Shown here: in pieces, positions 27,259 to 42,699 of the stretch
How positions within the stretch are numbered: position 1 is the stretch's first letter
Layout of the letters: each line of letters opens with the position of its first letter
From: the human T2T-CHM13v2.0 reference genome, Homo sapiens
Length of the DNA stretch: 64,000 nucleotides
Assembly (NCBI RefSeq): GCF_009914755.1
Contig: NC_060933.1
Strand: one strand, 5' to 3'
The notes under the pieces: generated by a model
The model's input: the letters and a program-made list of their open reading frames with translations, nothing else
What the model was told of the DNA's origin: nothing
Database searches by the model: none
Made by a program: the position numbers and the translations under genes

Positions 27259-27757
27259 ATATATATATATATATTTATTATACTTTAAGTTCTAGGGTAC
27301 ATGTGCACAATGTGCAAGTTTGTTACATATGTATACATGTGCCATGTTGGTGTGCTGCACCCATTAACTCGTCATTTACATCATTTACATTAGGTATATC
27401 TCCTAATTCTATCGCCCCCTCCCCCCACCTCACAACAGGCCCCAGTGTGTGATGTTCCTCTTCCTGTGTCCAAGTGTTCTCATTGTTCAATTCCCACCTA
27501 TGAGTGAGAACATGCAGTGTCTGGTTTTTTGTCCTTGCGATAATTTGCTGAGAATGATGGTTTCCAGCTTCATCCATGTCCCTACAAAGGACATGAACTC
27601 ATCCTTTTTTATGGCTGCATAGTATTCCATGGTGTATATGTGCCACATTTTCTTAATCCAGTCTATCATTGTTGGACATTTGGGTTGGTTCCAAGTCTTT
27701 GCTATTGTGAATAGTGCTGCAATAAACATACATGTGCATGTGTCTTTATAGCAGCAT
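27259..27757 (-). mobile_element. 5'-truncated L1PA (L1PA4/5-like) 3' end; tail converted to (TA)n
   Basis: Minus ORF MFIAALFTIAKTWNQPKCPTMIDWIKKMW...SLIGGN is the L1 ORF2 C-terminus; perfect 15-bp TSD cctgttaaaattttc at 27244-27258 and 27758-27772. Confidence 0.95.
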
Positions 27758-28760
27758 CCTGTTAAAATTTTCTAACTCAGCTGTCTTTACCATTCTCTCC
27801 TGTGGGAAGAACCAATGGACTGTATGTTAAGCAATCTTCTCCAAAGGCTATGACTTCTGCTAACCTTCCTTGATTACATTCTCTCATTAAATTAGGGTTC
27901 TCAGTCAAACAAAATGTGATGCCAGAAGTCATGGTGCTCATCATTGGTGGCTTCATCCCTTTCCTCCTCTCTGTGTGGGTTCCATGACACAGAAGCCTGA
28001 TGCAGACTAATGGGTATCCTGAATGGATTGCTCTGAGGTCAAGAACCTTGTCTTACGCATCTTTGACTCCATATTCCACATCCTAGGTCATGGTACAAAA
28101 GACAGCATGGAATGAATGTCACTGTGAAGCATAAAAGAAAGGTTTACCTTTGCTTGTGAGCTCCTCTTTGCTTGTTAGCTCAAAACTCACAAACTGAAAG
28201 AAATGTGTCGATGAGTCTCTATGGAGGTAAAATCTGTAACCCATGTCCTGGCATATAAATATATGGGTTGTTTCTACAAAATGAGTCAATAGAAAGGAGC
28301 ATGCTTATGCAATAAAGTTGCTCTGGAGGAAAAAAGTAAAGGAAGCAAGTGCTGATCCTCTGCATATGAAAATATTGTCACAATGAAGATGCACCAGTGA
28401 GGATGTCTTAACACTAAGGTATGGACCTTCAAGTGGCCTGACCAACTCATCCAATCGTCTACTCTCCAGAGGATGATCTTCACAGTCATATTCATCTGCA
28501 GATGAGTACCACCCCATGACTCTCAAACATGTGACCCCGTTCACCTGTATGAAACACCTTCAAGAGCAAATGTAAGTTTATCCCAATTCTCCACCCACTA
28601 GGTTTCATTAGAGAAAGCACATGGGTCTAAGAGTGATATAATTCATAAAAAGACACCCTTGAAGTCAATCTTATGTTCATTTATAAATTCCAGAATGTTA
28701 AATTATATTAATAACAAATCTTATGAATTTTTTATTCATTCATTTACTCCCTTCACAACT

Positions 28761-29097
<337 letters not shown>

Positions 29098-31789
29098 TGA
29101 CACTGTGAGTGTCAAGAATCCCGTAAGTAAAAAATCCTATTCCCTCATATACTCTGTTTTTATCTTCCTCCTACCTAGCTTGGGGGCCTTGGCTCTGTTT
29201 TTCACTTCTGGTATAGTTCCTACCTCTCGGAATATTTCATAGATTATTGTCATTTCCCCCACTTAAATTTCAGCACTTCCCAAAAATCTTGGCCTGAACT
29301 CACTTTCTGGTACTTGTTATTCTTGTTTTTTTTTTTTAAATATATATATATGATTCTTCTCCATCCAATAACCTCCACCCCCCCACCCACACACACCACC
29401 AGATCTATACCCTCAGGAACTAAACCTAATCACCAGTGTCAGAGGTGGAGGTGGGGGCAATTGGAGGGTGCGGAAGGTACCCCAAGGGCCTCAGGTGACC
29501 TAGAAGAAGCAGGATTTGGATGTTGCAGATGTCACAGGACAACTGATATCTCATTCTTCTGCCAGTGTATGTTCAAATCTCAGGAGTGAAAGGAACTTGA
29601 AAGTTCATCCATGTCTCCTCCTCTACACCAAAATATTAGCCATTAAGAAAAGATTAGCATTCCATGGTGTCCTCAGAGATCTCTGAAGTGGATTCCATCA
29701 ACTCCCTTAGTAATGCATTCCAGAGGCTCATCTCACTCCGAGATATTTTCCTCATGCTGAACCTAAGTCCTGCTGGAAGCAACTTAAACCATCCCCCTTT
29801 GGCCTGACTTTGTGTGGAAAAAAAAGAAAGCTCTTTGCCACTGTCCTTGCAGGGTCCCTTCATGGATTCTTTGGCTTCTCCAGGCACTTCATGTATTAGT
29901 TAAAATGAGAGCAAAATGGAGACTGGGAGAGCAAGAGATGGAGAGAGAGAGGTCACACAGCAATGCTCATCTCGCCCTCTCTGGTCAACGTTTCAGAAGC
30001 ACCAAGGCCCTGGGTTTGACCCCGCTCTCCCTTCTCATTTCTTTGGCGAAGTCACATTCTCTTTTCACTGCCTGATGACCTACTTTTATCGCAAGCAAGG
30101 TTCTCCCCTTGAGAAGTGTAGATAACATGTAGCCCGACCCAGGGTGAATCAGCTGAGCTGCACAGCTGCTGTGACCTTTTCCTTCATCTCCTGGTAACAT
30201 GAAGGAAGGAATAAAGATGATCAAGTTTTCTGCTGGCCAAACCTGCTTCGCTTTCCTGGCAAAAGGACACGAGGAGATAAAGTATATTCTTCTACCCGAG
30301 ACAGTAAATAAAAGAAAGAATGTTGTGGGTGTACAGGACATTTGGAACATTTCATTTTTGTAATTGTGCATTCTGAGCTAAGAGCCACCACAAAAGATTG
30401 GTCTTTGGAAATTGAGGGGGTTTGTGGTTGTATTTCGGGGTTGCAGACCAGCCAGGATTCTGTTTCAATTTTCCCTGTTAGTCCTCAAGTTCTAGATTGA
30501 GGCCCCCAAAACCCTGGGACATCTGACCAGAGACAGCTGCCAACATTTTCCCATGATGAGCAATGGAATGTGTATTGGCCGAGCACGTTGATTTGCAAGG
30601 TGTTTATAAAGTTTCTTGATCCTTTTTTCCACCTGGTTTGCTTCCGGGACCCAGTTGGTGTATGGACTGCAGTGTGCCACTGGGAGCAAAGAAAAGGTAT
30701 AAACATCATACTATCTTCCCTGGAAGCTGCTTTTGCATAATTCTATTTTCAAAATAATTTTGCTTTCTTTACTTTCTTTTCCTTTTTTTCTTTCCTCCCC
30801 ACCCCCTACCCTGCCTCTGGTGTCTCTGTTTACACGGTTTAGACATTGGGAACATGTTGGTAGTTTTCCAGCTGCTTATGCACAAGTGTAATTGAGTCAG
30901 TTATTTTTAGTGATGTCAAGACTTTGAGAACAGAAATAAAAGAAACATTACACACTGACTAACTAAAATGTAAGAGAGTCCTCATCTGGAGGATGAAGAT
31001 ACAGTGGATGTGATTATTTTCAAATTGTAGGTTCTTCACTCTTCATTTCAAAACCAGATTTGGAACATAATTTGCTTTATTTTCAGCTGGTGGGGTCTCC
31101 GATCTCAAGTGAAATTATCCCGAGCTTTTTCATGGTTGATGGCTGACTGGCAGCTCCTCAGTTTCTTCCCCTTTAAGTGAGAGACCAACTTGGATTAGTT
31201 CCTGGATGGAAAAGATGAGGCTTAAAGACCTGTGGGATATCCTGAGATCCTTATAGAAAAAGGTCATTGGAACATTATCTGTCATTTAAAATGGAACAAT
31301 TAAATAAGTGCAACAACCTATGTGTTTGATGACCAGCACATTCCAAGTATATTGTTACCTCACTTTCTATGCACCCACATTTATTTTGGGTGTAAATCAA
31401 ACCTGGAATAGAAGCATTCTTTGTTCTTTACAAAGCTATCATGAAGTGCTAATGACATTGACACAGGTATTCTTTAAGTTCTTTCAATTCTCCCACCCCT
31501 AACGTTCCCTAAAAATATAACAACTATTAAAATCTTGACACAATATAACACAGGATATTTGAAAATAAAATTCTGATTAATAAAATTTGTTAATATTAAT
31601 TGAGTGCACATGATACGCCAGGCATTATTCCAAGCAGAGTACATATTGGGAAGATAGAACTATAGATAAGGAAAGACATGAACAAAGATATTAAGTAATC
31701 TACCTAAGGATACACAGCTATTGTTCTGTGATCCCAGAGAGTCACTAGTGTCTTTATTTATGATCACTGTACTATACGCTGCTTATAGC

Positions 31790-32570
31790 AATGGAAAGGC
31801 AATCAAAAATGGGAGAAATATATGCAAGCTAGAAGGCAAAGAAGTAATATTCTTTACATATAAAGAACTTTTGCAAAACAATATGAAAAAAAGTCAGATG
31901 CCTCAGTAGAAAAATGGGCAAAAGATAATAGGCAATTCATACATAGAAGTGCAAAAATGGTTAATAAACTTTTAAATTATGAAACTACATTAAAATTAAT
32001 GAAACATAAATGCAAACAATGATATCTGCTTGTTTTCTACTAGGCGAATTAGATTAGAAGAAAAAAATGCTGCTCAGTTTTGACAATGGTGTGAGAACAG
32101 CCCCTCTTAAACACCGTTAGTGTGGAGTATAGATTGTTGCAACATTTATGGAAAGAAAATTCTCAGTACATAAAGTCTTTAAAATAAGTTTAGTAATTTC
32201 TCTTCTAGATATTTATACTAAGTAAATAGTCAAGAGTGAAAACAAACATTCAGCTATAAAGCTATCAACCTCAGCATTATTTAAAATAATGGTACATCTT
32301 TATTGTAGAATACCAAACCATCATCAAAATGCATGCCCTTAAAAAATTAATATAAATGTAAGATTTCCATGATGTTATTAAATGAAAGAGGGGTTTGTAT
32401 AAAGGTATGGACAATTTGATTCCAACATTATGAAAAGTGTATCTATGCATAAAAGAAACACTGGAATACTGGAGTGTAACCAAGTATTATTCCTGATGAT
32501 CAGACAACTCATGATTCTCACTTTTTCTGAAACTTCCTCTTCAATGAAAATGTATTCTCTTATAATCAAA
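31790..32570 (+). mobile_element. Old L1M (L1ME-like) fragments
   Basis: agaaaaatgggcaaaaga...aggcaattcata; caatttgattcca...; highly degraded. Confidence 0.55.
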
Positions 32571-35500
32571 AAAATTTAAGTAATATTGGAGTAAATATAG
32601 GAAAACATAGATGTGCCCAGACATCTATAATGAATAAGCTCTTACAAATTACATTTGAGCACGGACTTCAGTTCTGAAAGTCCTGGTAGAGGAAGCAAAG
32701 GAGAAATAAAGTACATATTGTCATTTTTAATAGAAAGAATACAAATTTCTCTTTCAAAAACACTTTTTCCCTGATGTTAAATTAAAAGTGAATCGTATTG
32801 ACTATAAGGGACCTTAGGTAACATATTGGACAATGTCTTCACTTTGTCCCTGTGAAAGACACAGAAACTTTGTTTAAATGTACAAGCTTCATAGTGGCCC
32901 ACTAAAAAGAGTAAACGCTAAGGAAGTAAGAGTAAATAATAACTCAGAAAAGACATTTTTACAGGGAAGTAAGGTAAAGTAGTAAGCAAATTTTTTCCCT
33001 TGGAGTACCTAACCTCTTAATCCAGGGTTAGAGCTTAGAGGACCCTGAGGAACACTCTTGGGTCAAATGTCCAATGTTTTATATCTTCAAAGTCATTTAG
33101 AGTGAACTGTGTTAATTCAGTAAACAATACTGTAGGCATACAAACAACTCCAAGTTAAATAGGATAAAAATTACAGGACCTTGGGCCTCTAAGAATTCTC
33201 TACTGTAGTAAAAAGTGTTTCTCCATAATATAGAGTTAGCCTCAGATTAATGTGAAGAAAGTATAATTTAAAGGGATTTGTGCCAATTCTTCTCTCTGTA
33301 ATATTTGCTCTATAAGACTTACTACAAAGATAGAAAATCAATGAATGATAACATTTTCAAACTTGAGAAGTTTTAGAGTTTCTGTCATCCACAGGCAATT
33401 AACTTTTGGAAAGCCATGAACACTTTGTAGATTGAACTCTCAAAAACTGTGGAGTCTTGCCCCAGAAATATACATACATGTGCCAAAATTGAAGAAGTTT
33501 AAGAATTCCCTCATGTTCATCCGTAATGCCCTAGGATAGGAACACCTGAATTAGTTTAACCTTGTTTTCCTGAGAAAACCTTAGAGCAAGATACATTATT
33601 CTACCTAATTGAACAGTATTTCTTACTTTTGCAAAATTAGTTCCGTCACATGAGTGAAGTAACTCATCCAAGATTATAAAGCAAATTAAATGGCAGATCC
33701 AGGATAAAAATCAGGTCTTCTAATTCCCAGGACAACCTTCCTTCTCCCACATCCTTTGTTCACTTAGGTTTTAAAACCTGCTCAGTTTCCCACAATCCTG
33801 GTAGAAAGGAAGATCTCTATAACACACTTAGGCAAATCCCATGGAGGACTGAGGTATCTCCTGGGAATGCAACACTGAGAAAACACTTGGAGTAAAGTTA
33901 GGTTAAAAGGGATATGCTAAGTCCCCAACACCAGTTTTTCAATGGACAAGAGTTCATGTCAGCATCATATCAAGTTTGGGCAGTTCTTTAATTAATCTTG
34001 GGCTGGTTTCTGATTATGGTCAAAACATCTGAAAGTCAAGACATTATAATGTCTTACTCTGGTCTGGGAAGCATTCATGAATCAAAGCCCTCCAGCAACC
34101 TCAGAAATAAGGGTGATGATATGTCTGAAAATAAGAAGGGTGAGGCATAAAGATCAACAATATCAGAGCCCTGCAACTTATTTTCATGGTATTAATAGTA
34201 AGTAATCATTATTTTCTTTATTTGCCAGGAGGAATCTGTGACTCATGAGCAAAAGAGAACTATAGGATGCTTCTGTGTCTGAAAACACAGACAGAAAATT
34301 TAGATCTTTCTGGTTATTTAACAAAACAACTAGGTTGAATAGTCCTATCAGTGGACTACATGGTTGTTTGTACACTGGTTTTGGCTGGAAAGTCCCCCAT
34401 AACTACCCTGTTTATGGGAGTCCTACTCATCCTCCTAGGTCCATCTCACATCTCACGCTACCCAGAGACACTGCCCCGAGTATCCCAGCCCAGGCTCATC
34501 TCATTCTTCTGAGCAGCCCCTATGGTACTTTTACGTAGGACATAATTCAACAATATTTACCTACTGCTTAATAGATCTCACTAACTGCTTCATGAATCTT
34601 GTTTCTCCACCAGATTATAAGGTATTCAAAGGCCAGAATCATGTTCCCAGTGCTGCTTCCTACTGTGCACTCTGATGGTATTCAAAACTTGTTTGTTGAT
34701 TGACCGATTAAAATGAGGATATGGCCACTGTCCTGCCTGAATCTGGTTCAGCAGCATTCTCTTCAGAACAGAGTTAAGCTTTCCTGCCTGATGAACCTCT
34801 GCTGATGCTTCAAATCTGGCTCAAAATGCTACGTCCTCTGCAACAGCCCCACTAACAGAAAAGTTCTGATAATTCCTCGTCATACCAAATAACATGATAT
34901 TTCTAAGGAGATGATGCCCGGAAGAACAGATCCCCCCACTTCTAAAATGATTGTTTTAATCCAAAAGCGCATTTTAAATGGTAATCAACATTATCGTACT
35001 ATCATCTTTACCTGAAAGCTAAGAAAGCCAGTGAAAATTTTCAGAGTAATAAGTTGAGAAGAACTTTAAACATCATTTTAGTTAAATTGTGGTCTAGCTA
35101 TATAATAGAATACCATATAGCCATTCAAAATAAGATAGAAATATATGAAATGATGTCTAAAATATAATTTTACATGGTTAAAAAACAAGTTATAATTAAA
35201 CAATACTGATAATTACATTTTTATTTTTAAAATGTGTGCATGAATGCACATATGCATGCATTCATATGTATTATATATGCGGAGAAAATATATGGAAGGA
35301 TCCCTGAAAAAAAAAGTCATCATTCATGGTTCTCTCTGGCAGTGGAATTTGGAGCCTGGAAAAAGGAGGAGACCTAGGCCTTGAATGTCTCACTTTAGGC
35401 AATTTAGTACTGTTTTTCAGATTTTGCAGTAAGCATTGCCTTTATTACTTATGTCACGTTAGAGTCGATTTTTTTTAATTTTCAAAAAAATTACCAGTCC

Positions 35501-37079
35501 AACTCTTTAACAATGTAACCTCATCTGCCTCTCACTGCTCCTCCACACATTTGGGACCTCAGACAACTCATGTGACAGATGTTTCATCCATACTACTTTG
35601 ACTAGTCCTCTTTTCTCATCCAGGAATGACCATCCGTCTCTGGTTTCTGTGGTGAACCCCTACTTGTCCTTCAAAGCCACTAAAAATCTCATCTCCTCTG
35701 TGATGCTCCCAGGATGAATTGTTTGCATTTCTATGTCCTCACAGAACTTTCCACATATCTCTACTGGAACAGAGATATATGTATATATGTGTAAAACTAC
35801 ATATGAAAATTGTATCTGTCTTCCTCACTACAGTGATTTCCTTCAGGCCAGATCTGTCTTTATTTTGTTCATTTTTGGCACTATCTTTTGCAACTCATGT
35901 GGAGCTTGGGACACAGTACTCACAGAAATGTTTGATGAATGCAAAAACTGCGCGTCTGATCCTGAGATCCCTTCTCTGCAACCTTGGACATTCCAAATAC
36001 CCAGTCAATTCTAGGCAACAACCCAGTTGTTGGTATTCTCAATAAAATGTAGTTTTGGACTCCTAGCCAAAAGATAAAACATCCACTTGTATCCTGTGTA
36101 TTAACTTCAGATAATTTGATATCACAGCCTACTATAAGTCAACTCAAGGGAACCCTTTTGATTGAATTAAGGAAATACAATAAAAATAGATGTTCCTATA
36201 GAAAACATCATGCAGAGGATCTCGGGCAGGCTTCTTGGATCAACTTGACATAAAATTAGGGTGTCGTTTCCATTAAGTCCATATGTAACAAATTTTCTTT
36301 CCATGTTGATATTCAATAACTGACCTGATCTGAATGACCTCCCTGTTGTCAATTACACATTGCTTCTGTGTGAGAACTTCATGTCCACTAGCTTCCATTA
36401 CTGTTTACTGGACAGAAAAATGAATTCCAGGAGTCTCACCATCAATGTAAACTGAAATAAAACCAATAACTACAACATTGTAGAAATGGCTCTACATACC
36501 TTATCATATTTAACTCTCATAAATGTTTCAAGAGGTAGGAATTTTTAACCCTACCTATGAAGAAGAAAACTGAGGGCCAGGGAACTTAGGTAATTTATAT
36601 CAGGTCACAGAGCTACTAAATGCTAAGGCCCAGATTAGACTCCATTCCCTCAGCTCTTCTCATTAAGATACGTGCATATGTCATGTTATTAAGCCACATG
36701 ACCTCCACCTAAAAGATGTGTACCCATCCAATTTCAAATGAGAGACCTTTCATAGTCATTAAAACACCAAAAATGGAGGATTTGTTTTTGCTGTGGCAGT
36801 CACAGATTTTCTTCCTTTTCTATCTTCTTTATTATCTTTCTTATCTATGTATGACTATCTAGCCATACATGTATCTATTCATTCAACGTTCAATGAGCAC
36901 CCACTATTAACCAGACATTGTAGCAAGCATTTGGAGTGAACCCGAAAAGATAAATATGGGTTTCTCTGTCCCCAAGGCAAGCTCATTGAGATCTAATGAT
37001 TAGAACTCATTATCAGGTATAGTTAATTTTATCTGAGTAATTTTCTATTAAAATTGCTATGACTATGTGAATATTAATA

Positions 37080-37300
37080 ACCAACATTTATTAAGGACTT
37101 ATCTTCTAGGCATTGTTCTAAGAGTTTTACATGTAACTCATTTAATACTTACTGTAACTCCATACATTTGGTGATTTTTATTAATCCCACTTTAAAAATA
37201 AGGAAACTGAAATACAGAGAAATGTGATATCCAAGGTCAGACAGCTAAGAAATGGCAAAGCTAGGATTAAAGCCCAGGCTGTCTGAACACAGAATGCTTG
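37080..37300 (-). mobile_element. MIR SINE
   Basis: aacatttattaagg...ctaggcattgttctaag...gaaactgaaatacagaga...ccaaggtcagacagctaagaaatggcaaagctaggatt. Confidence 0.75.
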
Positions 37301-38719
37301 ACCAATTATCTTATACAGTCTCTCTATTTAATATAATGGGCGCTGACTCTGGGGTCACCAGGATGAAAAAGGCATCATTCTTACCCTCAAGGAGTTAATG
37401 AAAAAAGCAGGCAAATAAACAGGTAGAACAATACAGAGTAATTGTTAAGTGGGATGTAAGAGTAAAGGTAAGTGGGATGATAGGACGGGTGTGCAGGGAG
37501 GTGCAGGCACACAGAGAAGAGGTCCTGACAAAGTTTGCAATAACCCATCTACTATCCTTATGTGGACATAGCCCAGATTCTTCTCCTATGTCCAGGATTC
37601 ATTCAGTGCCCAGAGATCTTGGTAAAGGAAAAAGATGGGAGAGGGAGAGACAAGAGGAACGATCAAGGAAAAGAGGGAGAAAAATCTTGAGAAAGGAGGC
37701 ACATAAAAACGTTGCTTGCCCAACCATAGTGTTTTGTCTTTGTGAGGCATTCCTATACCTCATAAATGCATACATGCTTAGAAGAAAATGAGTAACTCTG
37801 GTCCTAATTGTTTCCCTACTCTTCTCCATGGTAGCACAAGAAACATAAACGTTCTCCCCTCTTCATGCCCCTCGGTTATCCTGAGAGGTAATATGATGAA
37901 AATTAGGGATCCTAGGAAAGAAAATGGACGAGTCCCTGCTACTCCAATATGTGGATGCACTCCCGATAAATCGTGTAAATTATTTGCTCAGCCTTTTACA
38001 TTGAACTTTCAGGTTGTCTTTAGTTTTCTGCAATTATAAAAGATGCTAGATTGGTTATTTTTATACTTGCATTTTTGTACACCTTTTGACCATTTCCTAG
38101 AAAAGATCCCAGAATGGAATTACAAATTCAAAGGGTATATTCTTTTTTTAAACTCTTAATCCATATGGCAAAAACGCTTCCCAAAAAGTAGTGACAAATT
38201 ATATCCCACGGAGTATATTTGGGAATGCTTATCCAATCACACTTTCCCCAGCATTACTATACTTTTAAAATCTTTATTAGAAAAAAATGTTTTTCATTTA
38301 ACTTTCATTTTTGGATTACTAGTGAGGTTAAATATAGTTTATAAGTTTATTAATCAACAGTATTAATTAAAATAATGCATATAAACCTAGTAGATGCTCA
38401 ATAAAGCAAGATTATTTTTTAATAATGAGTTCGAACATGATTTCATGGTTTCTGGCTATGTACATTTCTTCTTAGAATTTTAAATTTATTTATTTTTCTC
38501 ATTTCCCTATTTGAAGTTTAGTGGTTTCTCTCAGTGAGCTTTTTATATATTAGGTATACCGATCCTTTGTTTTGAAAAAATGTCCAGGTTTTGAAGGATT
38601 ATTGTCACTTTTGGAACAATGCTATATAAAGGCATTATGCTTTACAAAGATGACACTTTTTATTTGACTCACTGATAAGGAAACAGAGGCTTAAAATGTG
38701 TATGTGTTTCCTCTTTTTT

Positions 38720-39370
38720 AGGTAAAACCTTTTATACAGTCAAATGCGTAAATCTTACATGTACCATTTCATGAATTCTGACAAATGTACGCACCTGTGT
38801 CACACAAGTTTTTATTAAAATGTAGAATATTGTATCACTCTGAAAAATTCTTTTGCATGCTTTTCTAATCAATGTTGCCTTTGCCCTATCCCAACCTTGA
38901 AAGGAAACCATTGTCCTGGTTTAGAACTTCATATAAATGGAATCATACAACATGTACTTTTTTTTTATTCTGGTTTCTTTCACCCAGCATCATGCCTTGG
39001 AGATTTATTCATGCTGTTGTATCTGTCAATGGTATGGGATATTAAAAGTAATGGCAAAAACTGAAATTACTTTTGCACCAAACCTATGCAATGACATGAG
39101 TGGTTGTGGCCAAGTAATATTCCATTGTATGAATACACCAATTTGTTCATCCATTCACCTGTTGATGGATATCTGAGCTACTTCCAATTTTTTACTATAA
39201 CAAATAAAGCTGACATAACATTCTTGTACGAGTATTTTGTGAATAAATGTTTTATTTCCTCTTGGACTTTATACATAGGATGGAATTGTTGAGTCATAGG
39301 GTATGTGCATGTGTAGTTTAATAAATAACTGCCAGATCTTTTTCCAAAGTTGTTGTACTCATTTTCCCTT
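38720..39370 (-). mobile_element. L1M (L1MB/ME-like) 3' region
   Basis: aaatggaatcatacaacatgta...catccattcacctgttgatggatatctgagctacttcc...ggaattgttgagtcatagggta. Confidence 0.75.
39041..39086. mobile_element. Partial MADE1 mariner MITE nested in L1
   Basis: attaaaagtaatggcaaaaactgaaattacttttgcaccaaaccta matches one arm of MADE1. Confidence 0.8.
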
Positions 39371-39646
39371 CTTTAACAACACAGGAAAATGTGCAAATAT
39401 TATTAAATTATTTTTAAAAGCAGTATAAACAACCACATGTATAGTATAACCTTGTTAACCTTATTATATACTATATATATATAGATAGATAGATATGCAA
39501 AAGGCTAGACAAATCTTTTCAAGTGTTAATAGAAATAATCTCTGAATACTAGGTTACAAATAATTTTCACTTTTTTTCTTGCATTTTTCTAACTTGCAAC
39601 ATCAGTATTACTTTAAGACAATATAAATTAGTTTTTCTAACTACAG

Positions 39647-39795
39647 GAAAAAGAAATGTCAGTAGACTACCGGATTAAAATACTCTCTTCTATCCAAAAA
39701 GGCCAAGAGATGCAAAGGATTAATCATGAACCCAGTTGCCCAGAGGTGGAAAAAAAAATCTGTTGTGGTAGACTGAAGAAGCAAGAAGTTATATG
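39647..39795 (+). other. Candidate 149-nt internal exon
   Basis: Acceptor gtttttctaactacag| and donor ATG|gtaagg around purine-rich unique sequence; frame 0 has no stop. Confidence 0.4.
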
Positions 39796-41828
39796 GTAAG
39801 GTTCATTCATAATTCACAAAACTGTTCATTGTGCAGGTCTTTTCTTGAATGCTTGAATTTGTGGTTAGGTAGAAGGACTTCTCTTCCCCTGCCTTTATTT
39901 ATTCTCTGTGTTTATGTTGTGTTCCAGAGCTTTCTGCCTAGACAATAAGTCCTGTGTCTTGTTATTCTGAGGCAAGAACATAATAGATGCTCACTGTGTT
40001 TGTGGAAATACTGGACACTTCGTGGAAAGTGCATTTGACATGGTGGCCGTGTCTAAAACATAGTCATATCATTAATATCAATAATGTAGAAATTAAAGAT
40101 ACAATGGAATGCTTTTGCACAACATGAAAAATACCCAGTTACACATTGCATTGGAATGCAACTCCCCACTGCAGGCACAAGGAGGCTACTTAAACTTGAG
40201 AAACTACTTGGAAGCCATTCTCAGTGTGATTATTCTTTATCTTCAAACAGAAACTCAGATTACAAGGAGTAACTTTTCCCTCAAGGAACAGTATCAAAAA
40301 ATTTTAAGTAGACCATATGGCATTTGTCAAATGAGAGGGGGGAGAAAATCTCCCACTTCTGAGGGATATTTATTTTACCTGTCAGGTCTTTAAAGGAGAG
40401 ATTATATATAATATCTCTTTTAATCTTCACACGCAAAAAGGTGTTCAATCTGCCTACCTGTCTCTGTGGAAGTGTGAACCTAGGCAATAAAATTACTTTT
40501 CTCCCACAGCATAGCATAGCATAGTTAGATACTTTTTATGAAGCTACCCTAAAGCAGGATGTTGAGAACCATGTGCAGGGATTTCAAAGTTTACTTCTTC
40601 TTCTAACTGGAATGCTGTAAAATCAGAAACTTGTTAAACAGAAATAATATGGTAAAAAGAATGCAGATTCTGGAGCCAGAATCCTGCTTTGCTTCTTACT
40701 AACAATATGTCCTAGTACAAATCACTTAGCCTCTCTGTGATTTAGCTTCTTCATCAGTAAAATATTATCAAAATTGTAATTACTTCATATAGTTGCTGTG
40801 AAGACTGAGGGAGTAAAACTTTGTAAATGGATGAATTCTTGCTTAAAACCATGCCCAGCACATAGTACTTTTAACCAAAGTAAGTTATTATTATTATACT
40901 TCTTTAGTACATGTCATTCAGATGTTCAGAGAAGTATGATTCATTCAGAATGATTAAGGAAAAATCTGCTTGAATTAATGAAAAATGTAGATTATAAAAT
41001 CCTTTTTTTAAAAATCCATCATGTTACTTTCAAAAAGATACAGATATTTAAACTAAAGCAACTAAAAAGTATTAATGCTAAAAGTTTCATAAGGGGCATA
41101 CTTCAAAAAATGGGTAAGTTAACAGTTTGCTTATAAATGAACACGTCCTTTGAAAAGTGTCTTCTATTAAGTAGGGTAAGTATTCCATCACATCACACTA
41201 TTTGCTTGGCTCCAGAACAATCATTTCCTCTACAGAAAGCAATTTCATAAAGTAAAAAAGCATCTTTAGGATAATTGATGCTAATCTCCCTCTTACTCAG
41301 GAAACCCTCATACCACCCAGGACTTGGTGTCACATGGATTCAGTGAAGAAAACTTACACTTCCATTTCAGTCCAGTCCCTCTTTAGAAAGTGCTTCCTTA
41401 GATTAGGCTGAACTCTTCTTAAAATGTCCACTCTCTGTCATTGTTTTGTGGAGTTCCACTGAATGAATCATTCCTCTTTGTTTTGATAACTGTTCAAGAA
41501 TTTGAAGACAGCTGTTGTATGCTTCCCTGAAATCTTCTCCAAGTGTAACAGCCTCATTTTTTTTTGACTATTTTTCATTGGCATGACTTTAGACGCATCA
41601 TCTACCTTGGTACCTTGGTCCTTTCCTTCTGGACTCTCTCTTGTTTGACTCTTTTCCTCCTATATTGGGGTTACCAGAACTGAACATGAAACTCTGGGCA
41701 TATTCTGATTAAAGCCTTGCTTGTTCTGGACCCAAGATTGATCTTGATGTTTTGGTAGTAATATGACTCTCTTGACTTATACCAAGGTTAGCAGTACCAC
41801 CCCCTCTTTTTTGTAGGGGTAAGGGGTA

Positions 41829-42699
<871 letters not shown>

